From Centroscyllium fabricii (lineage: Eukaryota), in NCBI GenBank assembly GCA_051313645.2, contig JBNRSN020000002.1, positions 22,754,001 to 22,818,000 on the forward strand: 64,000 nt of DNA, in the 5' to 3' direction. Every line of letters starts with the position of its first letter. The stretch's first letter is position 1. Positions 9,870 through 22,599 of the stretch are shown one piece after another. Position numbers and translations under genes: made by a program. The notes below the pieces were generated by a model, which searched no databases, had not been told where the DNA came from, and saw nothing but the letters and a program-made list of their open reading frames with translations.

Positions 9870-12166
9870 CTCCTGGATAAATGGATATAGAACTGGTTGG
9901 CAGACAGAAAGCAGAGAGTAGGAATTGACGGGTCTTTTTCCGAGTGGCAGGCAGTGACGAGTGGGGTACCGCAGGGATCGGTCCTTGGACCCAGCTATTC
10001 ACAATATATATTAATGATCTAGACAAGGGAACTAGATGGAATAGCTCCAAGTTTGCAGATGACACAAAGCCGGGTGTGTGTGTGTGTGCTGCGAGGAGGA
10101 TACCGAGAAACTCCAGGATGATTTGGACAGGTTGGGTGATTGGGCAGCATGGCAGATGCAATATAACGTGGATAAATGCGAGGTTATCCCTGTGCCCAAG
10201 AAAACGGCCGTGACGTGCCTGAACGACTACCGCCCTGTTGCACTTACACCCATTATCATGAAGTGTTTCGAGCGGCTGGTCCTGGCCCACATCAAAGCCA
10301 GCATCCCCGCCACCCTGGACCAATACCAGTTCGCCTACCGTGGGAACAGATCTACAGAGGATGCTATCACTACGGCTCTTCACTCTGCACTAAACCACCT
10401 GGATAGCAAAGATATATATATCAGAATGCTGTTTATTGACTACAGCTCAGCATTCAACACCATCGTCCCCAGCAAATTGTCTACCAAACTCCTCACCCTC
10501 GGTCTGAACACCTCCCTCTGCAACTGGACCCTGGACTTCCTAACCAACAGACCACAGTCTGTGAAGTTAGGCAACCTCACCTCCCCCCCCCCCTTACCCT
10601 GAACACGGGGGCCCCACAAGGTTGTGTGCTCAGCCCCCTCCTCTACTCCCTCTTCACTCACGACTGTGCGGCTGTCCATGGCTCCAACACGATCATCAAG
10701 TTCGCGGATGACACCACGGTGGTTGGCCAGATCACCAACAACGACGAGTCAGCCTACAGGGATGAGATCCAGCGCCTTGTGGGTTGGTGTGCCGACAACA
10801 ACCTGGCACTGAACACCAAGAAAACCAAGGAGATCATAGTGGACTTCCGGAGGACTGGAAGCAGAACACACACCCCCATCTTCATCCAAGGGGCTGAGGT
10901 GGAAAGGGTGTCCAGCTTCAAGTTCCTCGGGGTTCACATCTCGGAAGATCTCTCCTGGTCACTAAACACCTCCTCTCTGGTTAAGGCGGCCCAACAGCGC
11001 CTGTACTTCCTTAGGAAGCTGAAGAAAGCCAGGCTGTCATCCGGCATCCTCTCCAACTTCTACCGCTGCACAATAGAAAGCATACTGTCAAGCTGCATCA
11101 CTGTCTGGTATGGTAATTGCACTATCTCGGACCGGAAAACCCTGCAGCGGGTAGTCAAAACTGCCCAACGAATTACCGGTACACAGCTACCGTCAATGGA
11201 AAGCATCTACCTCAAACGCTGCTTACGGAGGTCTATGAACATTATTAAAGACCCCACACACCCCAGCCACAGTCTGTTCGCCCCTCTGCCCTCCGGGAGA
11301 CGCTACAGAGCAATTTGCACCCGCACGACTAGATTTCAGAACAGCTTCTTCCCCAGGGCTGTCAGCCTCCTGAACTCTAAAAAGAAACTCCGGTACCTGC
11401 ACGCCTGATAATGAACTTTACTGTATGCAATTTTCATGTAATTTATTTATTTTGTTTGCACTACTCTCGGGAGAGTCGAGTCTTCGTCTCGTTGTATTGT
11501 ACTAGTACTCTGCAATGACAATAAAATTTGAATTGAATTGAATTGAATTTGGTGGGACAAACAGGAAGGCAGATTATTATCTGAAAGGCAATAGATTGGG
11601 AGAAGGGGAAGTGCAACGAGACCTGGGTGTCCTTGTGCACCAGTCGCTGAAGGTAAGCATGCAGGTGCAGCAGGCGGTGAAGAAGGCAAATGGCATGTTG
11701 GCCTTCGTAGCGAAAGAGTTTGAGTGCAGGAACACAGATGTCTTGCTGCAGTTGTACAGGGCCCTGGTGAGACCACACCTTGAGTACTGTGTGCAGTTTT
11801 GGTCGCCGTATCTGAGGAAGGATGTTCTTGCCAGGCAGGGAGTGCAGAGAAGATTCACCAGACTGATACCTGGGATGGCAGGAATGATGTATGAGGAGAG
11901 ATTGGGTCGATTGAGGAGGAATTTCTTCACCTAGAGAGTGGTGAACCTGTGGAATTCTCTACTACAGAATGTAGGAGGCCAAGTCATTAAATATATTCAA
12001 GAAGGAGTTGGATATATTTCTTAGAGCTAAATGTATCAAGGGATACGGGGAGAAGGCACGTACGGGGTACTGAGTTTGGATGATCAGCCATGATCTCATC
12101 GAATGGTGGAACAGGCTCGAGGGGCCGAATGGCCTACTCCTGCTCCTATCTTCTATGTTTCTATGA
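9870..12166 (+). mobile_element. Decayed CR1 ORF2/3' end interrupted by Rex1
   Basis: KFADDTK before the Rex1 insertion; RPHLEYCVQFWSP and ttctatgtttctatg tail after it. Confidence 0.85.
10187..11548 (+). mobile_element. Rex1/Babar LINE, 5'-truncated
   Basis: [45 protein letters not shown]; one frameshift in the C-run at ~10590; (GAATT)n tail. Confidence 0.9.
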
Positions 12167-12420
12167 GTGACGATGGCATTGGCCTTGACCATCGCCATGA
12201 TGCCCCCAATCACGTGACGACACTCAATATCGAGCCTCTTGCATAAACAATGGCAGACTTGGGCAAGATACCAGGGGTAACCAGTGCTCCTAGAATCAGA
12301 GCATGCACCAGAATAAAATTGGGATGACCAAAGAATTTAAAACCTGCAACAAAAAAAACAAGTACCTGGTAATGAGGCTGGAGACACAGAAGAAAATGAC
12401 ACCACAATCTTAATTACATT

Positions 12421-13173
12421 GGGCCAGAAATTCCAGTCTGCCCATATCGGGTTTAAGCTCTGGTTTGAGCGCACCAGAGCTTAAACCCGCAGGAAGCAGC
12501 CGGTTGCGCTGCTTCAGGTTTTCCTATGCCGCCCAGCGTGGGGGTTGGAGTTCCTGCGAGGTCTAGCGCAGGAACCATCGAACTAGGGTTGCGTCCAGTA
12601 ATTCGGGTTTTTAAAAAAACTTTTTCTGCGGACCAAAACCAGGAGAATCTACACTGGGAAAAAGCAGTCGTAAGTATCCGTTTTTATCTGGTAAGTGTGT
12701 ATTTTATTGATTTTAATCAGGTTTTTAATTGTTGCTAACTTTAAAGACAGGTAAGTATTTTTTTTAGACCTGTTGGAAGTTGAAAAATGTTTCTGTAAAT
12801 TTTTATTTTTTGTTTAAAATAGTTTATTTGTGTTAGTTGGGGTAATGTTAAAAAAAGTGGTGTTTTTAAAATTTTATTTTTGAGTTTAGATGTCTTTTGG
12901 GCAATCTCTCTTTTCAGAACTTGCACAGATTTCTCAGTGGAAGTTTTGAACGGAGGATTGCTTCCACTGATTGGCTCCCTGCCAATCAGCTGGTCTCAAA
13001 AGCCATCTCGCACTAATTACGCCCTTCAGATGCCCATGAAACTCGCACGGAGCTCTGACAGGCTGGGCTAACTGCAATTTCGGAGTGCAAAAAAGCAAAA
13101 CAGATTATGGGCAGTGCAAGTGCAACTAGCAGGTACCGCACCCGCACGAAGGCTCCACGGCAATTTCTGGGCC
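12421..13173. mobile_element. MITE, PIF/Harbinger-like
   Basis: TIR gggccagaaatt / aatttctgggcc, flanked by ATT on both sides; homologous to ~22600-23378. Confidence 0.65.
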
Positions 13174-13819
13174 ATTGTTTCTTTTACCAAACTGAGCTTG
13201 TTTCAAAAACAAGTCTCAACAAAATATCTGGCAGTGAATTTCAGGTTGCAATTCAATCAAACAGTCTTCTGGCACTCAGCGCCATGGGGCATGTGAAGAA
13301 TAACCAATGGGGTATGGTTTCAGAAGGCAAGTGACAGCCATTGAAGCAATCCCTGGGAGATGACAAAGGGAGGGGAGAAAACCGCTGTGGCAAAAACATT
13401 TTTGTTTTTGATGAGTTAGACCAGCAGATTCTTGCTTAAACATAATCTAAATGTCAAGTTTGTTTAAATCATTACAGGAACTACACAGAACACTCCCATG
13501 GGTCAATCATTGACATTTCAGAAAAGCTTCAAATTCATAACAAGGTGACTCGTTCACCACATAATTCCTTCTGCATTCAAGGAACATAAATCACTTTTCT
13601 TCTGGCTTTTCAAATTGCATGATTCATTGCTACAATGGTCCATTAAATAAACCTGAGAACGAAAGTCGTAACAGCTCTTGAAATGAATTAACCATGATTC
13701 AGGAACAGGTAGCTATCGGCAACAGGAAGATTTCAACTGTAGTTTTTCATTAAACAAGATACACAGGCTCATTTTCAACACACAAAAATCAATTTATGCC
13801 AATTGTTGGGTTAATATAA

Positions 13820-14520
13820 AGGAGATCATAGTGGACTTCCGGAGGACTGGAAGCAGAAGACACACCCCCCATCTTCATCCAAGGGGCTGAGGTGGAAAGG
13901 GTGTCCAGCTTCAAGTTCCTCGGGGTCCACATCTCGGAAGATCTCTCCTGGTCACTAAATACCTCCTCTCTGGTTAAGAAGGCCCAACAGCGCCTGTACT
14001 TCCTAAGGAAGCTGAAGAAAGCCAGGCTGTCATCCGGCATCCTCACCAACTTCTACCGCTGCACAATCGAAAGCATACTGACAAGCTGCATCACAGTCTG
14101 GTATGGGAATTGCACTATCTCGGACCGGAAAACCCTGCAGCGGGTAGTCAAAACTGCCCAACGAATCACCGGTACCCAGCTACCGTCAATGGAAAGCATC
14201 TACCTCAAACGCTGCTTACGGAGGTCTCTGAACATTATTAAAGACCCCATACAGCCCAGCCACAGTCTGTTCGCCCCCCTGCCCTCCGGGAGACGCTACA
14301 GAGCAATTTGCACCCGCACGACTAGATTTCAGAACAGCTTCTTCCCCAGGGTTGTCAGACTCCTGAACTCTAAAAAGAAACTCCGGTACCTGCACGCCTG
14401 ATAATGTACTTTACTGTATGCAATTTGCATGTAATTTATTTGCACTACTCTCGGGAGAGTTGAGTCTTCGTCTCGTTGTATTGTACTAGTACTCTGCAAT
14501 GACAATAAAACTTGAATTGA
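13820..14520 (+). mobile_element. Rex1/Babar 3' fragment
   Basis: Near-identical to 10828-11530; 169-aa ORF end plus tail. Confidence 0.9.
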
Positions 14521-15195
14521 AGGTTGTGCACCGTTAATTCGGCACGGGCGGGACTAGGCCTGCGCCGGTATACCGAAAAAAACCGGGAGAACGTAGCCAG
14601 CCAGTGCGCATGCGCGCACCATTCAAAATGGCCGCTCACATGCGCATAACATTGCAAATGAATGCCTCGAAGTTTTGAATGATCTGCGCATGTGCTGCCG
14701 AACGGCAAGCGTATATCCTGCGAAATGGCTGCCGCGAAGCTGTACCCGTGATGCCGGGCATCTGCTTTTCATCCGACAGGTCGGAGAAGGCCTCCCCCTC
14801 GTCTCCCAGCGACTCCGAGGCGCCGGAGCTCTCGACCTCCCGAGACCAAAGTCGGTGTTGAAGCCGCCGCTGCCTTCCATGGGGTCGGCGTCTCCTGAAG
14901 CCATCGGGACGGTGAGCATGAATGTGCCGGGATCAAAGGCTGGAGTGGGCTCTGCTGCGGGCTCTGCTGCTCTCTCTCGCCTGTCCTCTCCTGTCTGTCT
15001 GCTCGCCCCGACTGCCCTGCGCATGCACAAAATGGCCGCCGCGATCGAGGCTTCGGCGAATGATCTGCGCATGCCATTCGCCGACGCCTCGATCGCGGCA
15101 GCCATTTTGCGCATGCGCAGGGCAGTCGGGGCGATTTGTGCCAGACGACTGAAGTTGCCGGCTTTTCAGTTGCCCGATTAACGGTGCTCAACATG
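14521..15195. mobile_element. Tigger-like MITE (CAGGTTG TIR family)
   Basis: aggttgtgcaccgttaat ... attaacggtgctcaacatg; CpG-rich interior with repeated tgcgcatgc. Confidence 0.75.
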
Positions 15196-15710
15196 AATAG
15201 AGGATTGGTTAACAGACAGAAAACAGGAGGAATAAACAGGTCATTTTCGAGTTAGTAGGCTGTAACTAGCGGGGGTGCCGCAAGGATCAGTGGGGCCTCC
15301 GCTATTCACAATCTAGATCAATGACTTGGATACATCACACTCGATCCCCTCATCTTTTGGTGGCGATACAAAGTTAGATGCAAAAGTAAGCTGTGAGGAG
15401 GCGGCAAAGAGGGATCCAGACAGGTTAACTGAGTGAGCAAAATGACAGATGTAGTATAATGTGGGGAAATGGGAGGTTGTCCACTTTGCGAGGAAGAATA
15501 GAAAAACAGGAAAAAAAAGGTAAAGGATGAGAGACGAGTAAATGTTGGTCTGTAAAGGGTGTCCCTGTATCCGAATCACAGGAAGTTAAAATGCCAGTGC
15601 AGCAAGTAATTTGTAAGGCAAATCATAAGTTAACCTTTATTGAAAGGGGTTTGGAGTATAGGAATAAGGAAGTCTTGCTACAATTATGGAGGGCTTTGGT
15701 GGGACCACAC

Positions 15711-15989
15711 TGTGGTAAACCACTATATATGCCTGTACCATATCCACGGCCTGTAGCATTGTATATATATGACCCTCTCTAGGTGTATATAGTTCTCTTT
15801 GTGTAGCTTGTCTGGGCATGCCCGTGCTGACTCCACCTGTGGCTCCCTCCCCCTGGACCAGGTATAAAGGTGACTGTCTCCCTCATTCCGGGAGCAGTCG
15901 ACTAGCTGGGGCATGCCCATGTCTTAGCGAATAAAAGCCTTTTATTCACCACATAACTTCTCGTCTCCGAGGTTATTGATAAGGTATCA
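15711..15989 (+). mobile_element. Solo LTR
   Basis: TG...CA ends, 5-bp TSD CACAC, TATAAA (~15863) and AATAAA (~15930). Confidence 0.82.
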
Positions 15990-16039
15990 CACACCTGGAG
16001 TACTGTGTACAGTTTTGGCCCCCTTAACCAAGGAAGGAT

Positions 16040-16401
16040 TGATGCGCGATCAAAGGGAGACCATCGGGGAAGACCAGGTGCAATAGCAGGCAGTGACCAC
16101 GGAGGAGGCGCTAACGCGCGGTCAAAAAGCAGACCGTTAACCGGTCTGTTAAAAACTCCATCCACCACTTCGAAAGAAGATACGACAAGAAGAATTATAC
16201 TCGAGGCGAGGTTGAGAATACAACTGAGGCTTTTATTCACAAAGAACCCTGGACATCCTTAGGCTGACCGGCAACTCCTTGTACTGGGCCAGGCTCCCGG
16301 AGCTTGGCCTTTATCAGGTAGCCTAGGGGCGGAGTCAGCTTCAGGCATGCCCAGGCATGTATACACACAGGCAAAAGTATATACAAAAGTGGTTTACCAC
16401 A
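16040..16401 (-). mobile_element. Solo LTR (related family) containing a truncated 5S-SINE
   Basis: Minus strand starts TGTGGTAAACCAC like the 15711 LTR and ends ATCA; 5-bp TSD AGGAT. Confidence 0.78.
16055..16194 (+). mobile_element. 5'-truncated copy of the 5S-derived SINE
   Basis: Near-identical to 61648-61790. Confidence 0.85.
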
Positions 16402-16409
16402 AGGATATA

Positions 16410-16767
16410 CAGGTTGAGCACCTTTAGTCCAGACACTGTTTGTCCGGCAACTTCAAACGTCCGGAACGAATCCGGCCGACTGGTGCACCCATGCGCAAAA
16501 TGGCCGTCGCACTTGGCTGCGCATGCTCGGGCCTCCCCGACTGGTCTGCGCATGCGCAATATGACCGCCACGCTTGGCTGCGCATGCCCGGGCCTCTCCC
16601 CAAACAATTGATGCTTCGGCGAGCGCATGCGCAGACCATTCAAAATTTTGTGGCGGCCATTTTGAATGGTCTGCGCATGCGCTCGCCGAAGCTTCAATCA
16701 TTCGGAGTTTTCAAAAATTCGGCACGGTCCTGGGCCTGACTGTGTCGGATTAATGGTGCTCAACCTG
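16410..16767. mobile_element. Tigger-like MITE
   Basis: TA|caggttgagcacc ... ggtgctcaacctg|TA. Confidence 0.88.
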
Positions 16768-16814
16768 TACTAGCCTTAGAGGGGTTGCAACAAAGATTCA
16801 CCAGATTGAAAGAA

Positions 16815-18310
16815 AGGTGATTTGCATTTATATAGCACCTTTCATGACCTCAGGATGTCCCAAAGCACTTTACAGCCAATGAAGTTCTTTTTGAAGTGTA
16901 GTCACTGTTGTGATGTAGGAAACGCAGCAAACTCCCACAAACAGCAATGTGATAATGACCAGTTAATTTGTTTCAGTAATGTTGATTGAAGGATAAACAT
17001 TGGCCAATTCAATTCAAGTTTTATTGTCATTGCAGAGTACTAGTAGAATACAACGAGACGAAGACTCGACTCTCCAGAGAGTAGTGCAAATAAATTACAT
17101 GCAAATTGCATACAGTAAAGTACATTATCAGGCGTGCAGGTACCGGAGTTTTTTGGGTTTTTTTTGGTTTTTTTATAAAAGAGTTCAGGAGGCTGACAGC
17201 CCTGGGGAAGAAGCTGTTCTGAAATCTAGTCATGCGGGTGCGAATTGCTCTGTAGCGTCTCCCGGAGGGCAGGGGGGCGAACAGACTGGCTGGGGTGTAT
17301 GGGGTCTTTAATAATGTTCAGAGACCTCCGTAAGCAGCGTTTGAGTTGGATGCTTTCCATTGACGGTAGCTGTGTACCGGTGATTCGTTGGGCAGTTTTG
17401 ACTACCCGCTGCAGGGTTTTCCGGTCCGAGGTAGTGCAATTTCCATACCAGACAATGATGCAGCTTGTCAGTATGCTTTCTATTGTGCAGCGGTAGAAGT
17501 TGGAGAGGATGCCGGATGACAGCCTGACTTTCTTCAGCTTCCTTAGGAAGTACAGGCGCTGTTGGGCCTTCTTAACCAGAGAGGAGGTGTTTAGTAACCA
17601 GGAGAGATCTTCCGAGATGTGGACCCCGAGGAACTTGAAGCTGGGCACCCTTTCCACCTCAGCCCCTTGGATTAAGATGTGGGTGTGTCTTCTGCTTCCA
17701 GTCCTCTGGAAGTCCACTATGATCTCCTTAGTTTTCTTGGTGTTCAGTGCCAGGTTGTTGTCGGCACACCAACCCACAAGGTGCTGGATCTCATCCCTGT
17801 AGGCCGACTCGTCGTTGTTGGTGATCTGGCCAACCACCGTGGTGTCATCCGCAAACTTGATGATCGTGTTGGAGCCATGGACAGCCGCACAGTCACAGTG
17901 AAGAGGGAGCTCAGCACACAACCTTGTGGGGCCCCCGTGTTCAGGGTAAGGGGGAGGGGAGGTTGCCTAACTTCACAGACTGTGGTCTGTTGGTTAGGAA
18001 GTCCAGGGTCCAGTTGCAGAGGGAGGTGTTCAGGCCAAGGGTCAGGAGTTTGGTAGACAATTTGCTGGGGACGATGGTGTTGAATGCTGAGCTGTAGTCA
18101 ATAAACAGCATTCTGATATACTGCTTGTCTTCGAAATGGTGTTCTGCAATCTTTTACGGCCGTCCAAGAGAGCAGACGAAGCCTCGTTTTAATGTCTCAT
18201 CTGAAAGACAGCACCTTCAACAGTGCAGCACTCCCTCAGTAAGTGTCAACCTAGATTTTTGTGCTCAAGTCTTTGGTGTGGGGCTTGAACCCACAACCTT
18301 CTTATGGAGA
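16815..18310 (-). mobile_element. Deu-domain SINE (SacSINE1-like) split by Rex1
   Basis: Tail 16815-17005 and Deu/head part 18125-18310 match the plus-strand copy at 24370-25605. Confidence 0.6.
17006..18121 (-). mobile_element. Rex1/Babar 3' fragment
   Basis: 231-aa ORF with IKFADDTTVVG; (AATTC)n at 17006. Confidence 0.9.
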
Positions 18311-18319
18311 GAGTGCTCC

Positions 18320-19460
18320 CCACGGAGTAGAATGGGCCGACATTCTCTGACATTTAGAAGGAGGAGAGGTGATCTCACTGAGTGGGCTTGACAGGGCAGA
18401 TACTGAAAGGGTATTTCCCCTGACTGTGGAGAGTCGAGAACCAGGGGGCCTAGTCTCAGGATACAAGGCCAGACATTTAGGACTAAGACAAGGGGAAATT
18501 TCTTCACTGAGGGTCGTGAATCTTTGGAATTCTCCACCACAGAGGGCTGTGGGTGCTCAGTCACTGAGTATATTCAAGGCCGAGATCGATAGATTTTTGG
18601 ACACTAAGGGGGTTGACATATGAGGAAAGGTTAAGTAGGTTGGGACTTTACTCATTAGAGTTCAGAAGAATGAGAGGCGATCTTATTGAAACGTATAAGA
18701 TCGTGAGGGGCCTTGCTCGGGTGGATGCGCTAAAGATGTTTCCAATGATCGGGGAGACCAGAACTCGGGGGCATAGTCTTAGAATAAGGGGGGGCTCTTT
18801 TAAAACTGAGATGAGGAGAAACTTCTTCACTCAGAGGGTGGTTAATCTATGGAATTCGCTGCCTCAGGGAGCTGTGGAAGCGGGAACGTTAAATAAATTT
18901 AAAACGGAAATAGACTGTTTTTTAGCAGACAAGGGAATTATGGGTTACGGGGAGCGGGCAGGGAAGTGGACCTGAGCTATTGTTAGTATAGTAAGACCTG
19001 AGTGATCTCCTGGACAAGTTTCGATCGCCTAGATTGGGGTCGGAGAGGAATTTCCCGGATTTTTTCCCCAAATTGGACCTGAGTTTTTATCCGGTTTTTC
19101 GTCTCTCCCAGGAGATCACATGGTTCTTTGGGTGGGATGAAGGGTGATAGTGGTATGAAGGTTAGGGTAGGATCAGCCATGATCTTATTGGGTGGCGGAG
19201 CGGGCTCGGGGGCCGATTGGCCTACTCCTGCTCCTATTTCTTGTGTTCTTATGTTATGTTCAGCCATGAACGCATTGAATGGCGGTGCAGGCTCGAAGGA
19301 CCGAATGGTCTACTCCTGCACCTATTTTCTATGTTTCTATGTTTCTATATGGGGATCAGCCGGGAGAGTGGAGTTGATAGAGGATGAGCCGTGATCTTAT
19401 TGAATGACGGAGCAGGCTCGAGGGGCCGCTCCGACTTCTTCTGTTCTTATGTTTATGTTC
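18320..19460 (+). mobile_element. Stack of CR1 3' ends (youngest 18610-19260, with structured module)
   Basis: YEERLSRLGLYSLE...GERAGKWT*, followed by three successive 3' tails. Confidence 0.8.
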
Positions 19461-19480
19461 TGACTAAAATCCCTGATAAT

Positions 19481-20020
19481 CATAGAATCATAGAATCATA
19501 GAAACTTTACAGTGCGGATAAAGGCCATTCGGCCCATCCAGTCCGCACCGGCCCAGGAAACTCCTCACTATACTAACCCCATTTGCCCGCATCTGGCCCA
19601 TAACCCTGTATGTTACGGTCCTTCATGTGCTGGTCCAAATATTTTTTAAATGTTGCGATGGTTTCTGCCTCCACCACCCTTACAGGCAGGGAGTTCCACA
19701 CTTCCACCACCCTCTGAGTAAAGAAATTTCTCCTTACCTCCCCCCTAAACCTCCCCCCCCTAATCTTGAATCCATGTCCCCTGGTACTTGACTCTCCCAC
19801 CAAGGGAAACAATGCCCCTTTATCCACCTTATCGTGTCCCCTCATGATCCTGTATACCTCGATCATGTCACCCCTCAATCTTCTCTTCTCCAAGGCAAAC
19901 AACCCCAGCCTGTCCAGCCTTTCCTCGTAGCATAAGTCCCCCAGGCCAGGTATCATCCTGGTAAACCTTCTCTGCACCCTCTCCAGGGCAACCACATCCT
20001 TCCTGAAGTGCGGTGACCAG
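19481..20020 (-). mobile_element. Young CR1 3' fragment
   Basis: Close reverse complement of 59075-59613; (CATAGAAT)n tail. Confidence 0.9.
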
Positions 20021-20109
20021 TCCTGAAGTGCTGATAAAGAAATTTGAATACACAGTTTGTGGAATGACGCACCTCCAAAATCAGTCAAAATTTCCCTCCT
20101 CCAATACCT

Positions 20110-21420
20110 GAACATAGAAACATAGAAGATAGGAGCAGGAGTAGGCCATTCGGCCCCTCGAGCCTGCGCCGCCATTCAATGAGATCATGGCTGATCATCC
20201 AAATTCAGTACCCTGTCCCTGCCTTCTCCCCATATCCCTTGATCCCTCTAGCCTCAAGAAATAGATCTAACTCCTTCTTGAATATATTTAATGAATTGGC
20301 CTCCACCGCCCTCTGTGGTAGAGAATTCCACAGGTTCACCACTCTCTGGGTGAAGAAATTCCTCCTCATCTCTGTCCAAAATGGCTCACCCCTTATCCTT
20401 AGACTGTGACCCCTGGTTCTGGACACTCCTACCATCGGGAACATCTTTTCTGCATCTCGTCTGTCCAGGCCTGACAGAATTTTATAGGTTTCGATGAGAT
20501 CCCCTCTCATTCTTCTAAACTCCAGTGAGTATAAGCCCAATCGACACAATCTCTCCTCATACGTCATTCCTGCCATCCCAGGTATCAGCCTGGTGAATCT
20601 TCGCTGCACTCCCTCCATGGCAAGAACATCCTTCCTCAGATGAGGCGACCAAAACTGCACACAGTACTCAAGATGTGATCTCACCAAGGCCCTGTACAAC
20701 TGCAGCAAGACATCCTTGCTCCTGTACTCGAATCCTCTTACTACAAAGGCCAACATACCATTTGCCTTCTTAACCGCCTGCGACACCTGCATGCTTACCT
20801 TCAGCGCCTGGTGAACAAGGACACCCAAGTCTCTTTGCACTTCCCCTTCTCCCAATCTATTGCCATTCATATAATAATCTGCCTTCCTGTTTTTGCCACC
20901 GAAGTGGATAACCTCAGATTTATCCACGTTAGAAACATAGAAGATAGGAGCAGGAGTAGCCCATTTGGCCCTTCGAGCCTGCTCCGCCATTCAATGAGAT
21001 CATGGCTGATCATCCAAACCCAGTACCCTGTCCCTGCCTTGTCCCCATATCCCTCGATCCCTATCGAGACTGCACCGACACATATCCCACCCTATCCCCG
21101 TAACCCCACATATTCAATCCCCCTAACACGAAGGGTCAATTTATCATGGCCAGTCAACCTAACCCGCACATCTTTGGACTGTGGGAGGAAACCGGAGCAC
21201 CCGGAGGAAACCCACGCAGACACGGGGAGAATGTGCAAACTCCACACAGATAGTACCCAAGGCTGGATCTGAACCCGGGTCTCTAGTGCTGTAAGGCAAC
21301 AGTGCTAACCACTATGCCACCGTGCCGAATTATAGTGCATTTGCCATGCTTCTGCCCAATCACCCAACCTGTCCAAATTGTACTGGAGTTTCACGACATC
21401 CTACTCACAGCATACCCTCT
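20110..21420 (-). mobile_element. CR1 3' fragment interrupted by a V-SINE
   Basis: 261-aa ORF with RSHLEYCVQFWSP; resumes after 21328. Confidence 0.85.
20929..21327 (-). mobile_element. tRNA-derived V-SINE (HE1-like) with CR1 tail
   Basis: A/B-box head (ggtggcatagtgg / ggttcagatcc), V-domain gggtttcctccgggtgctccggtttcctcccac, CR1-type tail. Confidence 0.85.
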
Positions 21421-22599
21421 CACAGACAAGAACATAAACAGCATTGAATGATTTATGTGATTCAGAGATTTTTCTTCTGAATTGAAGACCCAAGGCAACC
21501 ACCGAGATTGAAAATTGTACCAAACAAGGCAAGATAAATCAAATGGTAACTAAACGCAGCCAAACTTGGGGTTTAACAAAATGTGTCGCAGAAAGGGGAT
21601 AGGGTGGGATGTGCGTCGGTGCAGGCTCGATAGGGATTGAGGGATATGGGGACAAGGCAGGGACAGGGTGCTGGGTTTGGATAATCAGCCATGATCTCAT
21701 TGAATGGCGGAGCAGGCTCGAGGGGCCGAATGGCCTACTCCTGCCCCTATCTTCTATGTTTCTAAAGGGAAGCTCGAGAAGCAAAGTAGTTCAACAAATT
21801 TACAATTTTGACATTGAGAGGAAAGAAATTAAGTGGCACAGAATAAAAATAAATGGTGCAAGTTGTACAGAAGGCAGACAGGCCAAGGGTTTTGAACTGT
21901 ACACCTGTGTGAGAGGCCAGATAAAGTCACCCACCCAGGAATCGCTCAAACTAACACGGGACCATGTATCTATTAATTCACTGCCGACTATCCAAAGTTC
22001 TAAGAAATACATAACACTGTGGAGTAGGATACTGCTTTTAAATACAATTTTATGCTGATAGCCATGTACCCTCTTCCGTTAAATTAATGCGACGATCCTG
22101 TTTGTGGTGTGGGGGGGGGGGGGCGGGGGGTGCAGGGGGGAGATGCTTCTCTCCCCATAGAAATAGTGACCTTCACTCTGTTACCAGTGTGCCAGGGTCA
22201 GAAAGTAAAATTAAGCCAGAGCCAGTACATTGCACTTCAAAGAAAGAAAATGCTAACAGCGTGTTTCACAAAACAGACGCTCTGTGGAGACGTAAAATTT
22301 GATTTGGAATTATCGGTGTTTCCAGCACAGTCGGCCACCTTTGGCAAAATTGTTGCTGTGCCAGCTCTTTTCTAGAGCAAACCAAAACTAATACCATTGC
22401 TCCGTGCCCTCCCCATTGCCCTCTGCTTCAAATATTTATCGTGTGGTAACTTTGGAATATAAAGCACAAGTAATGTGCAGGTCACTCAGCTCATAAAACT
22501 TGACTTTTCCCCAGACCAAGAACAATCTACCCAGTCACAGACTGCAACCTGTTCCTGAGGCAAGGGCTGGCGCCAACTTCCTGATGCCCAAAAGACGGT

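Larger units (their letters stand above)
15196..16810 (+). mobile_element. Old CR1 RT fragment hosting four nested insertions
   Basis: Removing the insertions restores RALVGPHLEYCVQFW...KDILALEG.QQRFTR. Confidence 0.8.

Noticed and set aside
14623-15194. Overlapping GC-rich ORFs (also 16341-16739, 46506-47213, 62649-63188)
   Set aside because: Products of stop-poor, palindromic repeat sequence; no recognisable domain
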